NCBI GenBank assembly: GCA_036785375.1
Contig: JAWMAR010000023.1
Span: 6,758,001-6,822,000 of the forward strand
Length of the DNA stretch: 64,000 nucleotides
Origin: Leucoraja ocellata
Lineage: Eukaryota
Reading direction: 5' to 3'
Each line of letters opens with the position of its first letter. Position 1 is the first letter of the stretch. This document shows, in pieces, positions 14,613-26,290 of this stretch. A program made the position numbers and the translations under genes. A model generated the notes under the pieces. That model was given only the letters and a program-made list of their open reading frames with translations, made no database searches and was not told the DNA's origin.

Positions 14613-14734
14613 TGAAATGATGGTGGCCTGGAGTCGCCGATGCCTCCCGTCCTCTCAATGGGGGGAGGTAGCTCTGATTGACTCTCTGCACACTGGGAGC
14701 CCCCGTCAGAAAGCGAGCCTTCAGCCAGCACCAA
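14613..14734 (-). CDS. DVL1: Dishevelled-1, exon 3
   Basis: ttccacag|LVLAEGSLSDGGSQCAESQSELPPPIERTGGIGDSRPPSF(H)|gtaaga; 122 nt; contains the Dvl motif ERTGGIGDSRPPSFH. Confidence 0.96.
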
Positions 14735-16309
14735 CTGTGGAAAGAGACAGATATAGCCTGAGGGGTGGGGGAAGAAAAGAAACAATGGGCAAACAGCAAA
14801 TCAAGGGATGGGTGGAAGAGGAATGGACATTGTGGGGAGCATCCAAAAGGGGAGAGACTGCTCTGGAGTCTGCAGGTGAGATAGGAAACAATTGATACTC
14901 ACTGAAACTGCTGCGCGCACATATTCGCAATACAGTCTCTTGGAAAACAGCAACCAAAGCTTTATTTTACAGCAGCCTCACATTTCGCACTGGGGAAAGG
15001 TGATCCATGCAGTTCCTATTTTCAATCCTCAATCCATGCCTAGTTAACTGAATTCCAACTCTACGACAAACAGACCTGACAATCTGTGTTCACGAGGGGT
15101 GAACACAGTGTGTGTTCCTGGTTGAATAACTGTGTGGATATAGGCCCAGCCATGTGATGGAGAAGGAATGGGAGAAGTTTTCAAAAAGACAGAGCTCAAG
15201 TTGGGGAGTCAGACTAGGTATACGATGGATAATTGCAACATATTATGGGATAAACTCTGTATATATAATTCTCACCTATTTTTTCGAATAATAATTATAC
15301 AATCATTAGAATGTTGAGATATAAATAAAACTAAGTTTAATGTTAAAAAAAAATTATGGGACAAGATAATTCAAATGAAAAATGTATTCCAGTGTTGAGT
15401 GGAACAGAAACTTTAAAGCTAATTTTCACTTAGGGGGTAGTGGGTATATGGAAGGAGCTGCCAGAGGAGGTTGTCAGCAAGTATTATAACCGCATTTAAA
15501 AGGTTCTTTGGCAGGTACATGGATAGGAAAGATTTAGAGGGATATACGAGCCAAATATAGGAAAATGTGACGAGCTTTGATGGGGCATTTTGGACAGCGT
15601 GAGCAAGTGAGAACGAAGGGCCTGTTTCCGTGCTCAATGATTCTGATTCTAATTAAATCATGATTGTTGTCATACAGAAAGGCAATTTGAACATAGCACG
15701 CTTCCACAACCAGAATGATGATTTTGGTTGGTGGACGGGCATCTGGGGAGAATTTCTGCATCCAGCTTCAAATAATTTCAAAGAATCTTTATTCTTTGGT
15801 TTAACATCTCATCTGAAAAACTGTACCACCCCTCGGTCCCACATTCTTTGGAATGGAATTCTCCGGGAAATATTACCACCCAGCCAAGGCTGACATCTTC
15901 TCAGAGGCTAGAAGGTAGTTTCCATCCTGCCGCTATATCACCAGAAATACATTCACTCTCACAGCTTCCTATAGGTAATATTAGACAAATTAAACATGTC
16001 ATACTTTTAAGTTCTCAAATTCACACAGTACTGTGACCAAGTGACAATATAAACTGAAGCATCTGTGCGCCAAGTCCGAGCACTGGAATGAATTTCATAT
16101 TTGTGTAGCTCAAAACAGGTACACACAAAGCACTGAACTTTGTAACTGGGGAATCCTCTGGTATCAAGACTCAATCCTTTACAATCCATTGTACAAATAA
16201 AGCACACTTTGGGGAAGGATACAAAGGTTATGCATGCATGAATGAACTTTTTGAAGTACCAAGGTTGAAGAGAGCAAGACTGTAGAAGTCGTCTATATGA
16301 ACCAATTAG

Positions 16310-17990
16310 GCCTTTGATAAGGTTCCGCATGGTAGGCTTCTTCTGGAAGGTTAGGTCACATGGCATCCAGGGGGAGCTAGGTACCTATATACAGAATTGG
16401 TTTCATGGAATAAAGCAGAGGGTGATTTGGAAGGTTGTTTTTCAAACTGGAGACTTATGGCTAGTTGTGTGCCTCAGGCATCAGTGCTGGGCCCACTCCA
16501 GGTTGTGATTTACATTAACGATTTAGAATGTACAAGGCATGATTAGTAAGTTTGCAGATGGCATCAAAGTGGGTGGTATCAAAGACAGTGAAGAAGGTAT
16601 TATCAAAAATTAGTGGGATCTTGATCAGCTGGGCAAGTGGGTTGAAACATGTCTATTGGAGCTCACGGCAGATAAGTATGAGGTGTTGCATTTTGAGAAG
16701 TCAGAACAGGGCAGGAGCTTCACAGTGAATGGTAGGGCCCTTGTGAGTGTTGTAGTGCAGAGGGATCTAGGAGTAGAGGTGCACAGTTCCCTAAAAGTGG
16801 CATCACACGTAGATAGGGTTGTAAAGAATGCTTTTGGTACCTTGGCCTTCATTGAATTGAATTGAATACTTTATTGTCACATGTGACAAGTCACGGTGAA
16901 ATTCCTTGCTTGCATACCCGAGATATGCAAATAGTCATCACACAAAGAGTGCTTACAAAGGTTCAAAGTACCCTCTCCCCCCTCCCCCCCCCTTGTTCTA
17001 TCCCCCCCTGCTCCTTTCCTCGCCAGGTCTTTCTTTGTTCTTTTCCCCTCCCTCTCTCTTGGCAGTCCCCCATTTTCCCGGAGGTGCAACCTCTGACTCC
17101 ATTCGACGCAGGCTTTGGCCGCGGGCTCTGTTCAACGCTGGCTCCAGCCGCCTCCCGTGCGTGTTCGGCCACCTCCATTCCTGTCTGGTCTCCTCCGTAC
17201 CCGTCCAACCTTCCGACAGAACTGAACAAGCCCCTGGTGGGTTTGGGCTTCCGTCGCACCTTTGTGGCCTTCCGCGTGCATTGACATTGCGACGCCTTGA
17301 TAAAGGCAGCCACGACCTGGCGGGAAGCCTTGTCATCATTCAGGATATTGAGTATGGAAGTTGGGATATTCTGTTGCAGTTGTACAAGACGTTGGTGAGG
17401 CTGCATTTAGAGTATTGTGTTCAGTTTTGGTCATACTGTTAGAGGAAGGATGTCATTAAGCTGGAAAGAGTCAGAGAAGATTTATGAGGAAGTTGCCAGC
17501 ACTCGAGGGCCTGAACCATAGAGAATTTGGGGAAACAAGGACAATTCTTTGGAGTGCACGAGGCTGAGGTCTTATTGAGGGCTACTAAATCATGAGAGGA
17601 ATTGATAGGATGAATGCACAGAGTAGGGGAATCAAGAACCAGAGGACATTGGTATCATGTAAGAGGGGAAAGATTTAATAGGAACCCGAGGGGCAACCTT
17701 TCACAGAGGGTGGTGGGTACACTGAATGAGCTGTCAGAGGAGGAGGAGTTGAGACAGGGACAATAACAACATTTGAAAGGCACTTGGACAGGTGGGGCCC
17801 TGGCCACAAGAATGCCATAAAGCATAAGAGCACTGCCCAAGGTAGAACTGAACCCCGAGGAAAGGTTTACAGGAATATAAACCACATGCAGGCAAATGGA
17901 CTGCTCAGATGGGGCATCTTGGTCAGCATGGACAGATCAGCAGAAGGGCCTGTTTCTGTGCTGTATGCCTATGATTTTATGACTCTATAA
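16310..17990 (+). mobile_element. CR1 LINE 3' fragment (degenerate RT), interrupted by a nested insertion
   Basis: Remnants KVRSHGIQGEL, KYEVLHF, QRDLGV, LYKTLVRLHLEYCVQFWS; CR1-type 3' tail. Confidence 0.88.
16853..17335 (-). mobile_element. Non-autonomous retroposon with GC-rich body and (ATTCA)n tail, nested in CR1
   Basis: 3' end GACAATAAA plus a pentanucleotide microsatellite, as on the Rex1-type tails in this window; possible TCATT TSD; perfect 16-bp palindrome at 16874-16889. Confidence 0.7.
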
Positions 17991-20844
17991 AGAATGGATA
18001 AGAGATGGGTTAAGGCAAAATGGTTTTGAGGGGGGCATTGAGAAGGCATCCTGTGAGAGGTACCATGTACCAGTAGTTGAGGAGGCATGTGGTGAAGGGC
18101 CAGATGGAGGAGACACAGTGAAGAGGGCTGATTGTGAAGGGGGAATGGAGAGACATACTACGAAGAGGATAGAGGAAACACAGTGAAGGTGGGCAGAGAA
18201 TAGAGGAGACAATGATGATGGAATAGAGGAGGTACACACAGAGGTTGGGAGTAAGAAAAGTTGGTATAGAGGAGGAACATTGTAAATTCACAGCATGGCA
18301 TAATCCTCACCTGGAAGGGAGATAACAGTGAATAAATGGATTGAGATTGACTGCCCCATAGATGATTAACAGCTATGGAGCCAAGCTTTATCCTGGAATA
18401 TCTGAATAGTGAAACATGAACTTTGAAACATGCGATCAGTTTTACAACAGAGATGGAATAAATGTTACGTCCTGTAGTCACACCCTGATTTACAGCGCAA
18501 CCAGATGCCAACCTGGTTTTTAGATTATCATTATCCATGGACCTACTCACTGATTTTACCTTCTAAGGCTTCCTGTTTGGGATTGGATACAAAGGTAAGA
18601 AATGAAAACCACAAATACATGCCACCTCACATGTGACACTAACCCTAGATCCCAGCCAGTGCTCAGTCATCCCATTCACTACTCTGGAGCTTTCAAGTGG
18701 GATGACCGAATAAGGAACAATAACGTTCATCATTATCCAGTCATGCCAGCCAAACCCCACCCTCACCACAGCCCACGCTCACACACCACAGCACCCAATA
18801 CAGGATCAACAAACAGCAGCACTTCTGCCTAAAGTAAACAGAGATAAAGAACAGGAATGTTGGCTGATTTACGTCTCTAACCCGGAACTCCCATCATCAT
18901 TGTCCCAGAGGAAAGCTAACTCTGCCTGGTGCCCTCTTGCTCTGTGACCTAATTCAGGAATTTGGTTCCACTCTTTGTGGTGCTCTTCAATCCTGTGAAG
19001 CTCAGATTTATTCTGCACACAGCTCTGTGCTTCAGTTTTACTTTGGGTGGTGCTCTATTGCTGTATAGTGATCTTGTGGCCAAGGCTCAACCTTCACTAC
19101 AATTTTAATGTAAAAGATCCCAATGAAGAAAACCAAAGTTGTCTGATGTCCAAGTTAATGTTTATCCCCCAGTGAATGCACTAAAAACTAACTAAATGAT
19201 CTTTCACCTTTCTGCTGTTGCAGAAATCTTGCTGCATGAAACTAAAACCAGTATGTAGTCAGAATGGAGCAACAGCAACAGACGATAGCATATAGTCGAG
19301 AGTAACTCCCATGGTGAAATAATTAAATTTACTGTAACTCGGTGAATCATTAAACTTTACAGAGTACATAATGAAAATCCATTGTCTCTCCTTGCTAGCT
19401 CTTTGCTACAGCAATCTAATCCCATAATATTGTACACTAACAATAGGTAAATCAGACTTTCTTTCCTCTTCTGGAATCTTCCTGCTTGGATACTGGAGGG
19501 GTTCAGTTCACAGTTAACAGTTGCAGGGTTTTTATGTGCGAGGGAAATGAACAGTAGCTGCGCGTATGAGGCACAGAAACCATGAAGACTTTTGCAACAT
19601 TCACATCTCTATCTTTTCCATGCCTTGTTAGATTTTCCAAGCATTGTCAGTCCTAACATCTCCTGATATGGCTCGACTCTGATGAAGCAGTTTGGACATC
19701 TTGAGTCTGAAGAAGAACCCCGACTCGAAACATTGCCCAACTATTTTCTTCACAGATGCTGTCTGATCCACTGAGTGACTCCAGCACTTTGTGTTTTGCA
19801 TAAGATTTCAGTATCTGCAGTTCCCTGTGTCTCCACTTGGGACATATTACTAGTCTGAAGATGTTATATGATGAAAATTGTTTTGGTTTTATCATTTCAT
19901 ATTATTTAATACAGTATTATAAAACTAGTTTTATACCAGCAGATAAGCTCTAATTTACCAAATGAAAGAGTAAGGCTGGCTAGGAAAATATTGGATGGGT
20001 TAAGAATGAGGTAATATAGGGTATGGATGAGAATTTCAACAGATAAGTTTAGGCAGGAAGAGAGATGTTCCTTTTTGGGAGCAACCCGCTCCTGTCCTGC
20101 ATGAAATGCTTCATCCAAGAGCATCATATTTCATATTTTATTTTACATCATATTTTATTTTGCTCTTGCTCATTTTATGATGTGAAACTACTGCCTTCTT
20201 CACATACTCTTACAATATGTATTCAGAATTTCTAAGACGTACTTCTCAAATTTTAGAAACCCATGAGAGAATGCACAGAAGTCTCTCCAGCTATACGTAT
20301 ATCACTGATGAACAAATATAATGGAAATATGGTAAACTGTTTGCCAATCAAGAATGGGAGCGAACAGAGATAAAAGGTGCAATAACTCAGATAACCAACA
20401 GATTCAGTCAGAGACATCACCATTGCACACTAGATGTGCTTCAGAACTGCTGCATATCAATTGAATTAAATACATTAGGTTTTTGCAAAAGAGACCAATT
20501 CTAACCATTAATCCAACTCAGTAATTCACTAAGCAGCCTTCTGGAGCCATTCCTGCTCTTATTTTGGACAATGTACGAATCATTTTGGCATTTCAACATA
20601 TCAAAGCAGAGCAGAGGGATCAGGAGAAAAGGGATCAGAGGGGTGACAATCAGATGGGGCTGGAGGGTAGGAGCTGGAGCAAGGAGAATCAATAGCATGA
20701 TCAATAGAGTTGCTATTTCTTGCTGAGGAGCCATAAAAAAAATCAGGAGTAGACACAAATAACTACAGATGCTGGTTAATACACAGGACACCAAGTGGTG
20801 GAATAACTCAACAGATTAGGCAGCATCTCTGGAGAACATGGACA

Positions 20845-20878
20845 GGCAACGTTTCAGGTTGTGACCTTTCTTCAGACT
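20845..20878 (-). ncRNA. Minimal type I hammerhead ribozyme motif (Penelope type), best-preserved copy
   Basis: AGU-CUGAAGA-A-AGGU(CACA)ACCU-GAAAC-GUU-GCC: CUGANGA and GAAA core boxes, perfect stem II, palindromic ACGU stem III. Confidence 0.6.
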
Positions 20879-21509
20879 GCTTGTGGGGTGGTGGGCGAAA
20901 AAAGATGGAATAGTGAAGATGAGTTCAGAGGGGCGGTGATGATGGGTCTGCAGGGGTAGTCCTGTTTGTAGATTTTGGGGAGGAGATAGAAGCAAGCAAT
21001 GGGACCTGCGGAACGATAAGGTTGGATGCTGTGGAGAGATTGCAGTGGCTATGAGATCAGCTTTCTTCTCCCCCTGAGAAATAGTCTGAAGAATGTCTTG
21101 ACCCGAAATGCCGTCTGTCCATGTTCTCCAGAGATGCTACTTGACCTGCTGAGTACTGTGCCCTTTTGAGCCATAAAATATCCATTGACGCATATGAAAA
21201 GAACCAGAGTAGTTATCCCTGATGATCAGGCCGGTATTTATCCTTCACTCAACATTACTAATTCAAGTTACCTGTTTATAACATCACATTGCTGTTGGCA
21301 GGAAGTTGTCGTGGACAATTAGCCGCTACATTTCCAACATTACCACATTGCAAAACCATTTAATTTGCTATACAAGGCATTGATATACCCTGAAAAGGAA
21401 GTCAAAGGCACTTTGCTGACGAAAATCTTTTTCTTTCAGGTTATCAGGAATGTCTCTCATTGTAGACATATCCACCACATCCACCACATCTATGCTGATC
21501 TTTTTATCT

Positions 21510-21966
21510 AGCTACACCAATCCTGCAGGAAATTATAAAAACTGCGCAGCGCATTACAAACGCTAACCTGCCCTCCTTGGACGACATATACAAGGCCCGA
21601 TGCTTGCGCAGGGCCATAAATATCAAGAAGGACACATCCCACCCTGCCAACCACCTTTTTACTCTGCTACCCTCCGGGAGGCGATTCAGGTCTCTGCAGG
21701 CTCGCACTGGTAGACTAAAAAATAGTTTCTACCATTGTGCGATAAAAGAGCTTAACTCCAATAGTGAACTCTGGGAAGCAAGAAGTAACTTCGAGGAATA
21801 CCGCTAAATTCTTATAATCGCTTTTAAAAATGTATTTATATTCTACTATTAACTGTACATATGTGCATTGGTGTCGTGTTGTATTTCTTTTAACGGAGGA
21901 GAAGCAAATGGAATTTTGTTGCTCAGTTTTGTGCAATGACAATAAACATATTCTATTCTATTCTAT
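21510..21966 (+). mobile_element. Rex1/Babar LINE 3' end
   Basis: LPSLDDIYKARCLRRAINIKKDTSHPANHLFTLLPSGRRFRSL...RLKNSFY; GACAATAAA plus an (ATTCT)n tail. Confidence 0.88.
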
Positions 21967-22770
21967 TTGCCCGCATTGGGTCCATGTCCTTCTATGCCTT
22001 GCCCAATGAAGTACATCTAAATGTCTCTTAAGGTCTCTCCACGAGAAAAAGGTTCTGATAGTCCACCCTATCTGTGCCTCTCATAATTTTATATACTTCT
22101 ATCACGTCTCCCCTCAACCTCTGACATTCCAGAGAAAACAGTCTACATCTATCCAACCTCTCCCTGTTACTGAAACCCTCTAATCCTGGTAGCATTCTGG
22201 TAAATCACCTCTGCACCCTCTACAAAGCTTCCACATTTTACCTGTAATGGGGCTGTAATAAAACTGCACATAATATTCCAAATGCGCTCTAACTAAAATC
22301 CTATAGAGCTGTATCATGAACTCCTGACTCTTGTTCACAAGGCCCCTAGCAATGAAGGCAAGCATACCCCATTTACCTTATTTACCACCCTATTTGCTTG
22401 TGTTGCCACCTTTAGTGAGCTATGAACCTGGACTCCAAGATCCCTCTGCATGTCAATGCTGTTAAGGGTCTTGCCATTAACGTACACTCTCTCCTTACAT
22501 TCAACCTCCCAAAGTCCAATATTTCACACTTGCTCGAGTTAAACCCTATCTGCCATTTCTCACTTATGCACCAACCCAACTACATTTATGTCAAGGTCAT
22601 TTATATATATCACAAATAGCAGAGATCCCAACACAGATCCTTGCAGAACTCCTCTGGTCACAAACCTCCGCCCAATATATCTACCTTCCACCACGATGTT
22701 CTCTTTCTACGACTAAGCCATAAGACCAAGTCATTTTGAATCCCTTACATCTTAATCTTCTGGATCAGAA
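21967..22770 (-). mobile_element. CR1 LINE fragment
   Basis: MLAFIARGL...QLYRILVRAHLEYYVQF on the minus strand. Confidence 0.82.
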
Positions 22771-22779
22771 GAAACCTGG

Positions 22780-23550
22780 CAGGGCTCTGGGGACCTCGGA
22801 GTGCAGGTACATATAGTAGTTCCTTGAAAGTTATGTCACAGGTAGATATGGTCAAGAAGTCTTTCAGTCAGGCTTTTAAGTGTAAGAGTCGGCTCAGTGG
22901 CTTACTGGAAGAGTTGCTGCTTTACAAAGCCAGAGACCCGGGTTTGATCTTGACTAAAGGAGCTGTCTCCATGGAGTTTGTGCATTCTCCCTATGACCAT
23001 GTGGGCTTTCTCAGGGTGCTCCGGTTTTCGCCCATGTTCCAAACACATGCAGGTTTGTATGTTAATTGACTTCTGTAAATTGTTGCTAGTGTCTAGGATA
23101 GAACGAGTGATGGGCAATTGCTGGTCAGCACGGACTCGGTGGGCCAAAGAGCCTGTTTCCATGATGTATCTCTAAACTAAACTAAAGAAGTTGGGATGTT
23201 ATTTTACAGCTGGACAAGGTGGCGATGAGGCCACAGTTGGAGTATTGTGTTCAGTTTTGGTCTCCAAGTTATAGGAAAGATGTTGATCGGCTGGAAAGAG
23301 TGCACAGAATATTTACGAAGATGTTGCCATTACCTGAAGGCCTGAGCTATATGGAAAGATTGAGCAGACTAGGACTATTCCTTGTAGCCTAAGAAGATGA
23401 AAGATGATCTTATAGAGGTGATGTAAAATCATGAGGGTAATAGGTAGGGTAGATGCACAGAGTCTTTTATCCAGAGTAGGGGAATCAAGAACACGAGGAC
23501 ATGGGTTTAAGGTGAGAGGGGAAAGATTTAATAGAAATCTGGGGGAAACT
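22780..23550 (+). mobile_element. CR1 LINE fragment (contains the HE1 SINE)
   Basis: RPQLEYCVQFWSP-like remnant and TRGHGFKV motif. Confidence 0.8.
22887..23186 (+). mobile_element. HE1-like SINE nested in a CR1 fragment
   Basis: Same body and (CTAAA)n tail; CR1 sequence resumes on both sides. Confidence 0.8.
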
Positions 23551-23733
23551 TTTATGAAATATTAACTCTGTTTCTCTTTCCAAGACCTACTGAGGGTTTC
23601 TAATATTTGGTGTTTTCAATGCACACAGTCTTTAACTGTGGATCAACCAATATTGAAAGCAATCAGGAGCTATTGAGATAATTAGTTGAATTGTCCCCAC
23701 AAACCTGCACCCCTTTCAATTAATATTACTTAC

Positions 23734-23803
23734 CCATGAAACGACTCTTCCATTGAAGCAAGGAAGCTTGGCATTATCATCAGAAATCTCTTCCTTCACA
23801 ACC
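23734..23803 (-). CDS. DVL1: Dishevelled-1, exon 2 (DIX domain, C-terminal part)
   Basis: ttgcag|[24 protein letters not shown]|gtaagt; 70 nt; phase 2 to 0, compatible with exons 1 and 3. Confidence 0.96.
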
Positions 23804-24429
23804 CTGCAACGCAAAATAATGACAGCATTTACCAGAGTTCGGATTACATTTAAAATAGCAGCCCAAAAGAGTCCAGAGGATGTAATCTGAATATTAGATT
23901 TTTTTATTTATAAATGCTGGTAATTATAAATCCACCATTTAATTCAGTTAATCAATTAATGGTGTCCTTGCAATAATTGTATATCAATTCTAACAGATGC
24001 CTAGATACTTGCCTGTAAAAGTACCTATCACCACAACATCGTTTTTAACAAGCCACCCATACTGGAGAATCTTAGATACTAGGAATGTCTGAATATCCTC
24101 AAATGAAAGACCAGTGGATACAAAGGACAGAGTATCAACCTCACCCACCAATTTCCCTTGGGGTTCTACTCACACTCAGATTCACCTTGAAGTTTACCCC
24201 AAGTAACGGACCCAGAACCTATTTGTCAACATTTCTTCATCACTGAAACAGGTTTATAGACTCTGGCATTTTGAGTCATAGTCATAGTTCAGAAACGGGC
24301 CCTTCAGCCCACCACATCTATGCTGACCTTTTTAACTATCTACACCAATCCTATTTTATCTATCTACACCAATCCATATCCTTCGATGCCTTTCCTAATT
24401 AAGTGCCTATCTAAATGTCTCTTAAACAC

Positions 24430-25320
24430 GGAGAGACACAAGGAACTGTAACGCTGGTTCACAAAAAAAGACACAAAGTGCTCGGGTAACTCAGCAGGTA
24501 AGGCTGCATTGCTGGAGAAAATGAATGAGTGACCTTTTGGGTCAGAACCCTTCTTCCAAAAGATTGTGGGGGGGGGGGGGGGGGGGATTTGGGAAACTGA
24601 AAAGTGGGTGCAGGACAAAGCCTGTAAATGACAGGTAAGGGGAATTTTGATTGGCAGATGGTCGGTCAAAGGATAGAGATAAAAAGTGTGAGATAAGGAT
24701 AGATGAGGTGCGAGTTGTGAAGCCAGAGGAAGGAATATAGGTGGAGACAGAAGGGGGGAAATGTGTGCGAACCTAGGTGGGGCACAGAGAAGAGTGGGAG
24801 GAGCAAAGGGGGGTGGGTGTTGTTAGTAGGTTAGTTACCTAAAATTGGAGAATTCACTGTTCATGCCGTTAGGTTGTATGCTATGTAAGCAGACTATGAG
24901 ATACTGTTCCTCACGAGTGTGAGGCCCAGGGCAGAAAGGTCAGTATGGGAATGGGAAGTGGAGTTAAAATGGTTACAAACCAGGAGATCTAGCAGGCCTT
25001 GGCGAACTGAGCACAAGTGTACAGCAAAACAGTCGCCAAGCTGAGGTTTGGTCTTGCCGATGTAAAGGAGGCTACATCACAATTCACACCTCTTCTGTCT
25101 TTATCATATCCTTGCCTTTTCATCTTTGTCCAACCATCTGCTTATAAAAATCCTCCCTCACCTGTATCCACCTATCACTCGCCAGTCTTTGTCCTGTCCC
25201 TCCTCTCTTTCTCCCCCCGCCCCATTACAATCAGTCTGATGAAGGATTCCGACCTGAAACATCACCTATCCATGTTTTCCAAATATGCTGCCCGAACCGC
25301 TAAGTTACTTTGTGCTTTTT
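24430..25320 (-). mobile_element. Penelope-like element remnant: GIY-YIG C-terminus, 3' pLTR and an inverted pLTR copy
   Basis: Minus strand gives QLGDCFAVHLCSVRQGLLDLLVCNHFNSTSHSHTDLSALGL...EEQYLIVCLHSIQPNGMNSEFSNFR; 25075-25320 is an inverted copy of the terminal region. Confidence 0.85.
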
Positions 25321-25329
25321 TATCCCTTA

Positions 25330-26290
25330 AATATAATGATTATATCTGACTCTACCACCCCCTCTAGCTTTAAGTTCCAGATGTCAATCATTCTGTGTAA
25401 AAAATCTTTTATCGCAAATTCTGTTTAAAAATCTTTCCTCTCAATTTAAAACTACGGCCTCTTTTTTATGATACCCCTATCATGGGAAAATGATTCTGAC
25501 TATCTACCCTATCTTTGTCCTAGTGTCATAGAGTCATACAACGTGGAAGCAGGTCCTTTGGCCCAACTTGCCCATGCCAACCAACATGCTCCATCTACAC
25601 TAGTTCCAACTACCTGTCCAAAGGTTTCTTAAGCTTTGCGACCTTACCTCCTCAACTACCTCCTCCGGCATCTCATTCTAAACACCCACCACCCTTTATG
25701 TAAAAAATAAAAAGATTCTATGCATTTACTCGATCAATTCCTCTCATGAATTTGTACACCTCTAAAGATCACCCCTCATCCTCCTGTGCTCCAAAGAATA
25801 AAGTGATAGTCTGTTCAATCTCTCCCTATAGCTTAAGCTCTCGAGTCCTGGCAATATCCTTGTAAATCATCTCTGTACCCTTTCCAGCCTGGTAACATCA
25901 TTCCTAGAACATGGTGGCCAAAACTGAACACAAAACTCTAAATGTGACCTCACCAACATCTTCTATGACTGCAACATGACCTCCCAGCTTTTATACTCAT
26001 ACTGTACTCTGATTGATGAAGGCCAATGTGCCGAAAGCCTTTTTGACCACCCCATCTACCTGTGACATCACTTTTAAAGAACTACCTGTATGTACCTGCA
26101 CTCCTAGATCCCTCTGCTCCAAAACACTCCCAGAGCCTCACTGTGGGTCCAGCCCATGTTAGACTTCCCAAAATGCAACACTTCACATTTCTCTGTACTA
26201 AATTCCATTCTTCAGATGACCTGCTGAATCATTCAAGATCCAGCTGCAATTTTTGACAACCGTCTTTAACTACAATACCTCCCGCTTGAG
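25330..26290 (-). mobile_element. CR1 LINE 3' fragments
   Basis: Reverse complement of the CR1 RT C-terminus and tail seen at 16.3-18 kb. Confidence 0.8.

Noticed and set aside
18000-18270. Purine-rich degenerate repeats (also ~49790-50120)
   Set aside because: Low-complexity sequence with no coding or structural signal I can support.
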